From positions 124,001-188,000 of the forward strand of contig NW_027254589.1 of assembly GCF_044704955.1 (NCBI RefSeq): a DNA stretch of 64,000 nucleotides, read 5' to 3'. Position 1 is the stretch's first letter. The number at the start of each line of letters is the position of its first letter. Origin of the DNA: Pristiophorus japonicus (taxonomy: Eukaryota). The notes under the pieces were generated by a model, which was not told where the DNA came from, did not search any database, and saw only the letters and a list, made by a program, of their open reading frames with translations. This document shows positions 36,685 to 48,059 of the stretch, in pieces. The translations under genes and the position numbers were made by a program.

Positions 36685-39591
36685 ATGAGGAAAAGTGGAG
36701 GGCAGAGAAACCCAAGGCAAAGAACAAAAAGGGCCACTGTACAGCAAAATTCTAAAAGGACAAAGGGTGTTAAAAGAACAAGCCTGAAGGCTTTGTGTCT
36801 TAATGCAAGGAGTATCCGCAATAAAGTGGATGAATTAACTGTGCAAATAGATGTTAACAAATATGATGTGATTGGGATTACGGAGACGTGGCTCCAGGAT
36901 GATCAGGGCTGGGAACTCAACATCCAGGGATATTCAACATTCAGGAAAGATAGAATAAAAGGAAAAGGAGGTGGGGTAGCATTGCTGGTTAAGGAGCAAA
37001 TTAAGGCAATAGTTCGGAAGGACATTAGCTTGGATGATGTGGAATCTATATGGATAGAGCTGCAGAATACCAAAGGACAAAAAACGTTAGTGGGAGTTGT
37101 GTACAGACCTCCAAACAGTAGTAGTGATGTTGGGGAGGGCATCAAACATGAAATTAGGGGTGCGTGCAATAAAGGTGCAGCAGTTATAATGGGTGACTTT
37201 AATATGCACATAGATTGGGTTAACCAAACTGGAAGCAATACGGTAGAGGAGGATTTCCTGGAGTGCATAAGGGATGGTTTTTTAGACCAATATGTCGAGG
37301 AACCAACTAGGGGGGAGGCCATCTTAGACTGGGTGTTGTGTAATGAGAGAGGATTAATTAGCAATCTCGTTGTGCGAGGCCCCTTGGGGAAGAGTGACCA
37401 TAATATGGTGGAATTCTGCATTAGGATGGAGAATGAAACAGTTAATTCAGAGACCATGGTCCAGAACTTAAAGAAGGGTAACTTTGAAGGTATGAGGCGT
37501 GAATTGGCTAGGATAGATTGGCGAATGATACTGAAGGGGTTGACTGTGGATGGGCAATGGCAGACATTTAGAGACTGCATGGATGAACTACAACAATTGT
37601 ACATTCCTGTCTGTCGTAAAAATAAAAAAGGGAAGGTGGCTCAACCGTGGCTATCAAGGGAAATCAGGGATAGCATTAAAGCCAAGGAAGTGGCATACAA
37701 ATTGGCCAGAAATAGCAGAGAACCCGGGGACTGGGAGAAATTTAGAACTCAGCAGAGGAGGACAAAGGGTTTGATTAGGGCAGGGAAAATGGAGTACGAG
37801 AAGAAGCTTGCAGGGAACATTAAGACGGATTGCAAAAGTTTCTATAGATATGTAAAGAGAAAAAGGTTAGTAAAGACAAACGTAGGTCCCCTGCAGTCAG
37901 AATCAGGGGAAGTCATAACGGGGAACAAAGAAATGGCAGACCAATTGAACAAGTACTTTGGTTCGGTATTCACTGAGGAGGACACAAACAACCTTCCGGA
38001 TATAAAAGGGGTCGGAGGGTCTAGTAAGGAGGAGGAACTGAGTGAAATCCTTATTAGTCGGGAAATTGTGTTGGGGAAATTGATGGGATTGAAGGCCGAT
38101 AAATCCCCAGGGCCTGATGGACTGCATCCCAGAGTACTTAAGGAGGTGGCCTTGGAAATAGCGGATGCATTGACAGTCATTTTCCAACATTCCATTGACT
38201 CTGGATCAGTTCCTATGGAGTGGAGGGTAGCCAATGTAACCCCACTTTTTAAAAAAGGAGGGAGAGAGAAAACAGGGAATTACAGACCGGTCAGCCTGAC
38301 ATCGGTAGTGGGTAAAATGATGGAATCAATTATTAAGGATGTCATCGCAGTGCATTTGGAAAGAGGTAATATGATAGGTCCAAGTCAGCATGGATTTGTG
38401 AAAGGGAAATCATGCTTGACAAATCTTCTGGAATTTTTTGAGGATGTTTCCAGTAGAGTGGACAAGGGAGAACCAGTTGATGTGGTATATTTGGACTTTC
38501 AGAAGGCTTTCGACAAGGTCCCACACAAGAGATTAATGTGCAAAGTTAAAGCACATGGGATTGGGGGTAGTGTGCTGACATGGATTGAGAACTGGTTGTC
38601 AGACAGGAAGCAAAGAGTAGGAGTAAATGGGGACTTTTCAGAATGGCAGGCAGTGACTAGTGGGGTACCGCAAGGTTCTGTGCTGGGGCCCCAGCTGTTT
38701 ACACTGTACATTAATGATTTAGACGAGGGGATTAAATGTAGTATCTCCAAATTTGCGGATGACACTAAGTTGGGTGGCAGTGTGAGCTGCAAGGAGGATT
38801 CTATGAGGCTGCAGAGCGACTTGGATAGGTTAGGTGAGTGGGCAAATGCATGGCAGATGAAGTATAATGTGGATAAATGTGAGGTTATCCACTTTGGTGG
38901 TAAAAACAGAGAGACAGACTATTATCTGAATGGTGACAGATTAGGAAAAGGGGAGATGCAAAGAGACCTGGGTGTCATGGTACATCAGTCATTGAAGGTT
39001 GGCGTGCAGGTACAGCAGGCGGTTAAGAAAGCAAATGGCATGTTGGCCTTCATAGCGAGGGGATTTGAGTACAAGGGCAGGGAGGTGTTGCTACAATTGT
39101 ACAGGGCCTTGGTGAGGCCACACCTGGAGTATTGCGTACAGTTTTGGTCTCCTAACCTGAGGAAGGACATTCTTGCTATTGAGGGAGTGCAGCGAAGGTT
39201 CACCAGACTGATTCCCGGGATGGCGGGACTGACCTATCAAGAAAGACTGGATCAACTGGGCTTGTATTCACTGGAGTTCAGAAGAATGAGAGGGGACCTC
39301 ATAGAAACGTTTAAAATTCTGACGGGGTTAGACAGGTTAGATGCAGGAAGAATGTTCCCAATGTTGGGGAAGTCCAGAACCAGGGGACACAGTCTAAGGA
39401 TAAGGGGGAAGCCATTTAGGACCGAGATGAGGAGGAATTTCTTCACCCAGAGAGTGGTGAACCTGTGGAATTCTCTACCACAGAAAGTTGTTGAGGCCAA
39501 TTCACTAAATATATTCAAAAAGGAATTAGATGAAGTCCTTACTACTAGGGGAATCAAGGGGTATGGTGAGAAAGCAGGAATGGGGTACTGA
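36685..39591 (+). CDS. CR1 ORF2p (APE endonuclease + reverse transcriptase), 968 aa
   Basis: NARS, ETW, GDFN, SDH; YRPVSL, DFQKAFD, GVPQGSVLGP, FADD. No stops. Confidence 0.96.
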   Translation: MRKSGGQRNPRQRTKRATVQQNSKRTKGVKRTSLKALCLNARSIRNKVDELTVQIDVNKYDVIGITETWLQDDQGWELNIQGYSTFRKDRIKGKGGGVALLVKEQIKAIVRKDISLDDVESIWIELQNTKGQKTLVGVVYRPPNSSSDVGEGIKHEIRGACNKGAAVIMGDFNMHIDWVNQTGSNTVEEDFLECIRDGFLDQYVEEPTRGEAILDWVLCNERGLISNLVVRGPLGKSDHNMVEFCIRMENETVNSETMVQNLKKGNFEGMRRELARIDWRMILKGLTVDGQWQTFRDCMDELQQLYIPVCRKNKKGKVAQPWLSREIRDSIKAKEVAYKLARNSREPGDWEKFRTQQRRTKGLIRAGKMEYEKKLAGNIKTDCKSFYRYVKRKRLVKTNVGPLQSESGEVITGNKEMADQLNKYFGSVFTEEDTNNLPDIKGVGGSSKEEELSEILISREIVLGKLMGLKADKSPGPDGLHPRVLKEVALEIADALTVIFQHSIDSGSVPMEWRVANVTPLFKKGGREKTGNYRPVSLTSVVGKMMESIIKDVIAVHLERGNMIGPSQHGFVKGKSCLTNLLEFFEDVSSRVDKGEPVDVVYLDFQKAFDKVPHKRLMCKVKAHGIGGSVLTWIENWLSDRKQRVGVNGDFSEWQAVTSGVPQGSVLGPQLFTLYINDLDEGIKCSISKFADDTKLGGSVSCKEDSMRLQSDLDRLGEWANAWQMKYNVDKCEVIHFGGKNRETDYYLNGDRLGKGEMQRDLGVMVHQSLKVGVQVQQAVKKANGMLAFIARGFEYKGREVLLQLYRALVRPHLEYCVQFWSPNLRKDILAIEGVQRRFTRLIPGMAGLTYQERLDQLGLYSLEFRRMRGDLIETFKILTGLDRLDAGRMFPMLGKSRTRGHSLRIRGKPFRTEMRRNFFTQRVVNLWNSLPQKVVEANSLNIFKKELDEVLTTRGIKGYGEKAGMGY

Positions 39592-41920
39592 AGTTGCATG
39601 TTCAGCCATGAACTCATTGAATGGCGGTGCAGGCTAGAAGGGCCGAATGGCCTACTCCTGCACCTATTTTCTATGTTTCTATGTTTCTATCCCCTCGGAA
39701 TGAGTGATCATAGCATGATTGATTTTCAAATTCAGATGGAGGGTGAGAAAGTTGGATCTCTAACTAGCGTACTAGAATTAAATAAAGGAGACTATGAAGA
39801 TATGAGGGCAGAGTTGGGTATAGTGGACTGGGAAAGTAAATTAAAGTATAGGATGATTGATGAACACTGGTGTACATTTAAGGAGATATTTCACAACTCT
39901 CAAGAAAAATATATTCCAGTGAGGGGAAAAGGGTGTAAGAGAAAAGATAGCCATCCGTGGCTAACTAAAGAAATAAAAGGATGGTATCCAATTAAAAACA
40001 AGTGGCCAAAACTAGTGGAAGGACAGAAGATTGGGATCCTTTTGAAAGCGAGCAAAGAATGACTAAAAAAATGATTAAAAAAGAGAAGATAGACTATGAA
40101 AGTAAACTAGTGCAAAATATAAAAACAGATAGCAAGAGTTTCTATAGGTATATAAAAAGGAAAAGAGTGGCTCAAGTAAATGTTGGTCCCTTGGAGGACG
40201 AGACCGGGGAATTAGTAATGGGGCACATGGAGATGGCAGAAACTCTGAACAAATATTTTGTATCAGTCTTTACGGTAGAGGACACTAACAATATCCCAAC
40301 AGTGGATAGTCCACGGGCTATAGGCGGGGAGGAACTTAACACAATCACAATCACTAAGGAGGTGGTACTCAGTAAGATAATGGGACTGAAGGCAGATAAA
40401 TCCCCTGGACCAGATGACTTGCATCCTGGGGTCTTAAGAGAAGTAGCGGCAGGGATAGTGGATGCATTGGGTGTAATTTACCAAAATTCCCTGGATTCTG
40501 GGAAGGTCCTAGCAGATTGGAAAACTGCAAGTGTAACGCCCCTATTTAAAAAAGGAGGCAGACAAAAAGCAGGAAACTATAGACCAGTTAGCCTAACATC
40601 TGTGGTTGGGAAAATGTTGGAATCCATTGTTGAAGAAGCAGTAGCAGGACATTTGGAAAAGCAAAATTCGATCAGGCAGAGTCAGCATGGATTTATGAAG
40701 GGGAAGTCATGTTTGACAAATTTGCTGGAGTTCTTTGAAGATGTAACGAACAGGGTGGATAAAGGTGAACCACTGGATGTGGTGTATTTGGACTTCCAGA
40801 AGGCATTTGACAAGGTACCACATAAAAGGTTACTGCACAAGATAAAAGTTCAAGGGATTGGGGGAAATATATTAGAATGGATAGAGGATTGGCTAACTAA
40901 CAGAAAACAGAGAGTCGGGATAAATGGTTCATTCTCTGGTTGGCAACCAGTAACTAGCTGGGATCAGTGCTGTGACCCCAACTATTTACAATCTATATAA
41001 ACGACTTGGAAGAAGGGACTGATGTAACATAGCCAAGTTTGCTGACGATACAAAGATGGGAGGAAAAGCAATGTGTGAGGAGAACACAAAAAATCTGCAA
41101 AAGGAAATAGACAGGCTAAGTGAGTGGACAAAAATTTGGCAGATGGAGTATAATGTTGGCAAAGCAAGTTATTATTTAAATGGAGAAAGATTGCAAAGTG
41201 CCGCAGTACAGCGGGACCTGGGGGTACTTATGAAACACAAAAGGATAGTATGCAGGTACAGCAAGTGATCAGGAAGGCCAATGGAATCTTGGCCTTTATT
41301 GCAAAGGGGATGGAGTATAAAAGCAGGGAAGTCTTGCTACAGTTATACAGGGTATTGGTGAGGCCACACCTGGAATACTGCGTGCAGTTTTGGTTTCCAT
41401 ATTTAAGAAAGGATATACTTGCTTTGGAGGCAGTTCAGAGAAGGTTCACTTGGTTGATTTCAGAGGGGGTTGACATGAGGAAAGGTTGAGTAGGTTGGGT
41501 CTCTACTCATTGGAATTCAGAAGAATGAGAGGTGATCTGATTGAAACGTATAAGATTATGAGGGGGCTTGACAAGGTGGATATAGAGAGGATGTTTCCAC
41601 TGATAGGGGAGACTAGAACTATAGAGGCATGATCTTCGAAGAAGGGGCTGCCCATTTAAAACAGAAATGAGGAGAAATTTCTTCTCTGAGGGTTGTTAAT
41701 CTGTGGAATTCTCTGCCTCAGAGAGCTGTGGAAGTTAGGACATTGAATAAATTTAAGACAGAAATAAACTGTTTCTTAAACGATAAGGGGATAAGGGGTT
41801 ATGTGGAGCGGGCGGGGAAGTGGAGCTGAGTCCATGATCAGATCTGTCATGATCTTATTAAATGGCCTACTCCTGTTCCGATTTCTTATGTTCTTATGTA
41901 ATAAGGGACACAAAGAGAAA

Positions 41921-42738
41921 GAACCTGCACTTCGATAGCGCCTTTCACAGTCTCGGGATGTCCCAAACCACTTTACATAAGCCAATAACGTATATGTGAA
42001 GTGCAATCACTGTTGTAATTTAGGAAACACACAATGTCCCACAAACAGCAATTAAATAAATAGCCAGATCATGTGTTTTAGGTATAAATGTTGACCTGGA
42101 CACTGGGAGAACTCCTCTGCTAATCTTCGAATAATGCCGTGAGATCTTTTACATCCAACTGAGATGGCAATCTCATTTCAATGACGGCACCTCTGGCAGT
42201 GTAGCACGCCCTCCATGCTGCACTGGAGTGTCTAGATATGTGCTAGGATCTCTGGAGTGGGATTGTGACTCTGAGAAAGAAAGACTTGCATTTATATAGG
42301 GCCTTTCACGCCCTCATGATGTCCCAAATTGCTTTGTAGTCAATGAAGTACTTGTTGAAATGTAGACACTGTTGTAATGTAGGAAACACGGCAGCCACTT
42401 TGCACACAGCAAGCTCCCATAAACAGCAATGTGATAATGATCACATAATCTGCTTTAGTGATGTTGATTGAGGGATAAATATTGGACAGGGCACTGGGGA
42501 TAACTCCCCTGCTCTTCTTCAAAATAGTGCCGTGGGATCTTTTATATCCACTTGAGAGAGCAGACGGGGCCTCAGTTTAACAAGTCATTCAAAAGACAGC
42601 ACCTTGGATAGTGCAGCACTCCCTCAGCACTGCACTGGGAGTGTCAGCCTAGATTTTTGTGTTGAAGACTCTGGAGTGGGACATGAACCCATAACCTTCT
42701 GACCCCGAGGCGAGAGTGCTACCCACTGAGTCATGGCA
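41921..42738 (-). mobile_element. Two tandem tRNA-derived Deu-domain SINEs (SacSINE1-like); second copy 42281-42738 near full length
   Basis: Minus-strand A box TGACTCAGTGG and B box GGTTCATGTCC. Central GAGGCCCCGTCTGCTCTCTC...AAAAGATCCC..GGCACTATTTTGAAGAAGAGCAGGGGAG resembles the Deu domain, from memory. Confidence 0.75.
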
Positions 42739-42907
42739 GACACTATTGATGATGTCGAGTTCCACTTTGTCTGGGCTCTCAGTTTACAAACTGCTGGGTT
42801 AAGCATCAGGTGCTCTCATAACATTCCAAATGTTATAAATTGTTAAACTTTGAATGCTGGAGAAATATATTTCTTTGTGTCAGACTCCATATATTTCCCA
42901 CGTACAG

Positions 42908-43255
42908 ATCCATTAGCTGATCCGGTCCTTGTTCAGCATCCAACAGTCAGCAAGGTCCCAGAGGGTGAAACCGTGCAGTTACAATGTGCCATGTACAATG
43001 CCAGTGTGAGTGACACTGATGTCCACTGGCACTGCCAGCGACCCGGGAACAACAGCGAGTGGGTGATGAGCCAGTTTGTGAATGGCACCATTACCAGGTC
43101 CCGGGGTATCCACGACCGTTTTCTGCCTTCCAGGAACATCACCAGTAACAGTTACATTCTGACCATCGTGAATGTGTCCCTCAGTGATACTGCTGCCTAC
43201 AGCTGCAGTGTGTGGAGCTACATCTATGGAGCAGGAACCCAGCTCAATGTAACCG
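42908..43255 (+). CDS. Ig V-set exon V3 (germline-joined VJ), GC donor
   Basis: Acceptor TTTCCCACGTACAG, donor GCAAGT at 43256 at the homologous position. DPVLVQHP..PEGETVQLQC..VHWHCQRPG..DTAAYSCSVWSYIYGAGTQLNVT. Confidence 0.9.
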
Positions 43256-43809
43256 GCAAGTCAATGTTAACTCACACTGGCAGGGTCACAGTAACAGCTC
43301 CTTACTGGGAACATGTGTAACCTTCACACAGTGGGGTGGACCAGTGGAAATATACCGTCAGACACAGTGGTTACTGTCGTGCTGTGGAACAGAGAGTGGG
43401 AATGTTGTTAGTGATGTGTGAAATGCCAGAGTTGAATAGTGACGATGTAAGAATGGATCAAAACTCTGTAACAACAACAGAACTTACGGCAATGTTTCGG
43501 CAAGTCTGTTTTTTGTGGAGAAAATGGAGGAGTTGACATTTTGGACACCCAGAACAAAAGGGAAGCGAGAGTGGAAAACAGACATGACAAAAGAAATGGG
43601 CACACTTATTTATACTGCAAAAATGGCTGCCATGCTCCACCCTTTGTCAATGATTGGTCCTCGTGGAGGATAAGCCACACCCTGAAGTTTCACAGGAATG
43701 TATAACTGGAATCGTCCATCCCAAGGTCTCACTGACTTTGCAAATTGTAACTCGATCCACTTTGACTTCCTGAAGCGACAGAGGACAAAGCTCCCCAGAA
43801 GACAGCAAT

Positions 43810-43992
43810 GGCCAAAGTGCCTTACCCCAGTCCAAACCCATCCCTCTCTCCGCACCCCCCCCAAAGTACCTCACCCCAGTCCAAGTACATCCCTACCCCA
43901 GCCAAAGTACCTCACCCCTGTCCAAGTACATCCCTCCCCCAGCCAAAGTACCTCACCCCTGTCCAAGTACATCCCTCCCCGGGCCAAAGTGC
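43810..43992. repeat. 41-bp tandem repeat (~4 copies)
   Basis: CCAAAGTACCTCACCCC.GTCCAAGTACATCCCT at 43861, 43902, 43943, partial at 43984. Confidence 0.88.
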
Positions 43993-44239
43993 CTCCTTAC
44001 ACCAGCGCAAGTGCATGACCTTACCCTCCCCCACCATAGATGGGGCTTTGTGTACGGATTGTTAACAGGTTTATTAATAATAACTGTTATTTATATAGCG
44101 CCTTTAACATAGTAAAATGCCCCAAGGCGCTTCACAACAATTTTACTACAGTTTCGATATTGACCAGTGAGGGAAAGAGAGAGAAAGTGTGAGAAGGAAG
44201 TGTAAAGAGAGGTTAAAGGCTCAGGTCCATTAAATAAGT

Positions 44240-47200
44240 GGAAGGTGGCTCAATCGTGGCTAATAAGGGAAATTAGGGATAATGTTAAATCCAAGGAAGA
44301 GGCATATAAATTGGCCAGAAAAAGCAGCAAAGCTGAGGACTGGGAGAAATTTAGAGTTCAGCAGAGGAGGACAAAGGGTTTAATTAGGAGCGGGAAGATA
44401 GAGTATGAGAGGAAGCCTCCAGCGAACATAAAAACTGACTGCAAAAGCTTCTATAGATATGTGAAGAGAAAAAGATTAGTGAAGACCAACATAGGTCCTT
44501 TGCAGACAGAATCAGGTGAGTTTATAATGGGGAACAAAGAAATGGCAGACCAATTGAACAAATACTTTGGATCTGCCTTCACTAAGGAAGACACAAATAA
44601 CCTTCCGGAAATACTAAGGGTTCGAGGGTCTAGTGAGAAGGAGGAACTGAAGGAAATCCTTATTAGTCAGGAAATTGTGTTTGGGAAATTGATGGGATTG
44701 AAGGCCGATAAATCCTCAGGGCCTGATAGTCTGCATCCCAGAGTACTTAAGGAAGTGGCCCTAGAAATAATGGACGCATTGGTGATCATTTTCCAACATT
44801 CGATTGACTCTGGATCAGTTCCTATAGATTGGAGGGTAGCTAATGTAACACCACTTTTTAAAAAGGAGGGAGAGAGAAAATGGGTAATTATAGACCGGTT
44901 AGCCTGACATCGGTGGTGGGGAAAATGTTGGAATCAATTACTAAAGATGAAATAGCAGTGTATTTGGAAAGCAGTGACAGGATCGGTCTAAGTCAGCATG
45001 GATTTATGAAAGGGAAATCATGCTTGACAAATCTTCTGCAATTTTTTGAGGATGTAACTAGTAGAGTGGACAAGGGAGAACCAGTGGATGTGGTGTATTT
45101 GGACTTTCAAAAGGCTTTTGACAAGGTCCCACACAAGACATTAGTGTGAAAATTAAAGCACATGGTATTGGAGGTAATGTATCGATGTGGACAGAGAACT
45201 GGTTGGCAGACAGGAAGCAGAGAGTCGGAATAAACGGGTCCTTTTCAGAATGGCAGGCAGAGACCAGTGGGGTGCCACAGGGCTCAGTGCTGGGACACCA
45301 GCTATTTACAATATACATTAATGATTCAGATGAAAGAATTGAATGTAATATATCCAAGTTTGCAGATGACACTAAGCTGGGTGGCGGTGTGAGCTGTGAG
45401 GAGGATGCTAAGAGACTGCAGGGTGACTTGGACAGGTTAGGTGAGTGGGCAAATGCATGGCAGATGCAGTATAATGTGGATAAATGTGAGGTTATCCACT
45501 TTGGGGGCAAAAACAGGGAGACAGAATATGATCTGAATGGTGACAGATTTGGAAAAGGGGAGGTGCAACGAGACCTGGGTGTCATGGTACATCAGCCATT
45601 GAAGTTTGGCATGCAGGTACAGCAGGCGGTGAAGAAGGCAAATGGCATGTTACATAGAAACATAGAAAATAAGGCATTCGGCCCTTCGAACCTGCACCAC
45701 CATTCAATAACACCATGGCTGATCATTCCCTCAGTACCCCTTTCTACTTTCTCTCCATACACCTTGACCCCCTTAGCCGTAAGGGCTATATCTAATTCCC
45801 TCTTGAATATATCCAATGAACTGGCATCAACAACTCTCTGCCATAGGGAATTCCACAGGTTAACAACTCTCTGATTGAAGAAGTTTCTCCTCACCTCAGT
45901 CCAAAATGGCCTACCCCTTATCCTAAGACTGTGTCCCCTGGTTCTGGACTTCCCCATCATCGGGAACATTCTTCCCGCATCTAACCTGTCCAGTCCTGTC
46001 AGAATCTTGTAAGTTTCTATGAGATCCCCTCTCATCCTTCTAAACTCCAATGTATAAAGGCCCAGTTGATCCAGTCTCTCCTCATATGTCAGTCCCGCCA
46101 TCCCGGGAAACAGGCTGGTGAACCTTCACTGCACTCCCTCAATAGCAAGAACGTCCTTCCTCAGATTAGGAGACCAAAACTGAACACAATATTCCAGGTG
46201 AGGCCTCACCAAGGCCCTGTACAACTGCAGTAAGACCTCCCTGCTCCTATACTCAAATCCCCTAGCTATGAAGGCCAACATACTATTTGCCTTCTTCACC
46301 GCCTGCTGTACTTGCATTCCAACTTTCAATGACAGATGAACCATGACACCCGGGTCTCGTTGCACCCCCCCCTGTCCTAATCTGCCGCCATTCAGATAAT
46401 ATTCTGCCTTCGTGTTTTTGCCCCCAAAGTGGATAACCTCACATTTATCCACATAATACTGCATCTGCCATGTATTTGCCCACTCACCTAACCTGTCCAA
46501 GTCACCCTGCTGGCTTTTAGCGTCCTCCTCACAGCTCACACCGGCACCCAGCTTAGTATCATCTGCAAACTTGGAGATATTACACTCAATTCCTTCATCT
46601 AAATCATTAATGTATATTGTAAAGAGCTGGGGTCCCAGCACTGAGCCCTGCGGTATTCCACTAGTCACTGCCTGCCATTCTGAAAAGGATCCATTTATCC
46701 TGACTCTCTGCTTCCTGTCTGCCAACCAGTTCTCTACCTCCAATACCATGTGCTTTAATTTTGCACACCAATTTCTTGTGTGGGACCTTGTCAAAAGCCT
46801 TTTGAAAGTCCAAATACACCACATCCACTGGTTCTCCCTTGTCCACTCTACTAGTTACATCCTCAAAAAATTCCAGAAGCTTTGTCAAGCATGATTTCCC
46901 CTTCATAAATCCATGCTGACTTGGACCGATCCTGTCACTGCTTTCCAAATGCGTTGCTATTTCATTTTTAATAATTGATTCCAACATTTTCCCCACAATT
47001 GATGTCAGGCTAACCCGTCTATAATTACCCGTTTTCTCCCCCTCCTTTTTTAAACAGTGGTGTTACATTAGGTACCCTCCAGTCCATAGGAACTGATCCA
47101 GAGTCGACAGATTGTTGGAAAATGATCACCAATGCATCTACTATTTTTATGGCCACTTTCTTAAGTACTCTGGGATGCAGACTGTCAGGCCCCGGGGACT

Positions 47201-47833
47201 TCACAGCTAGAGGATTTGAGTATAGGAGCTGGGAGGTCTTACTGCAGTTGTACAGGGCCTTGCTGAGGCCACACCTGGAATATTATGTTCAGTTTTGTTC
47301 TCCTAATCTGAGGAAGGATGTTCTTGCCATTGACGGAGTGCAGCGAATGTTCACCAGACTGATTCCCGGGATGGCAGGACTGACATATGAGGAGAAACTG
47401 GATCAACTGGGCTTGTATCCACTGGAGTTTAGAAGAATGGGAGGGGATCTCACAGAAATATATAAAATTCTGACGGGAGTGGAAAGGTTAGTGGCAGGAA
47501 GAATGTTCCCATTGCTGGGGAGTTCCAGAAACAGTGGTCACAGTCTAAGAATAAGTGGCAAGCCATTTAGGACTGAGATGAGGAGAAACTTCTTCAGAGA
47601 GTGGTTAACCTGCGGAATTCTTTACCGCAGAAAGTTGTTGATGCCAGTTCGTTTGATATATTCAAGAGGGAGTTCATTATGGCCCTTACGGCCAAAGGGA
47701 TCAAGGAGTATGGAGAGAAAGCAGGAAAGGGGTACTGAGGGAATGATCAGCCATGATCTTATTGAATGGCGGTGCAGGCTCGAAGGGCCGAATGGCCTGC
47801 TCCTGGAACTAATTTCGATATTTCTATGTTTTT
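44240..47833 (+). mobile_element. CR1 fragment (+) with a same-family CR1 inserted in the opposite orientation (45651-47200)
   Basis: The + copy breaks at KANGML (45650) and resumes at ARGFEY (~47205). The insert begins with the reverse tail ACATAGAAACATAGAAA. Confidence 0.92.
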
Positions 47834-48059
47834 ATGTTATTAGCTGTCGTTAAGTTTCATTCCCTGTCCAGTGATTCACTTAATCGGGAAGAACCAATCA
47901 CTGTCCCCCATTCTTGTGATGTCATAATTTTAGTGGGTATGGTGACTCGTGATAGTTTCGTGACGTCTGGATTTTATCCTCTCCAACGATGTCCCTTGCA
48001 GGGGATTGGAACAACGTGATCCATCTTCCCTGAGTTCCCTCTCTTCCATCTGATTCCCT

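Larger units (their letters stand above)
35203..39690 (+). mobile_element. Full-length CR1 LINE with both ORFs open
   Basis: 5' monomer array, ORF1, ORF2, 3' hairpin region and (TTCTATGT)n tail. Confidence 0.95.
35015..41899 (+). mobile_element. Defective CR1 LINE split by the full-length CR1 (host parts 35015-35202 and 39691-41899)
   Basis: IIMGDFN...GLINNL before the insertion, PLGMSDH after it; ends in a TTCTTATG tail. Confidence 0.85.

Noticed and set aside
42670-42738. tRNA-like A/B boxes
   Set aside because: Head of a SINE, not a tRNA gene.
43327-43400. Two CACAGTG heptamers downstream of V3
   Set aside because: No nonamer at 12 or 23 bp, and they lie in the intron after the J motif.
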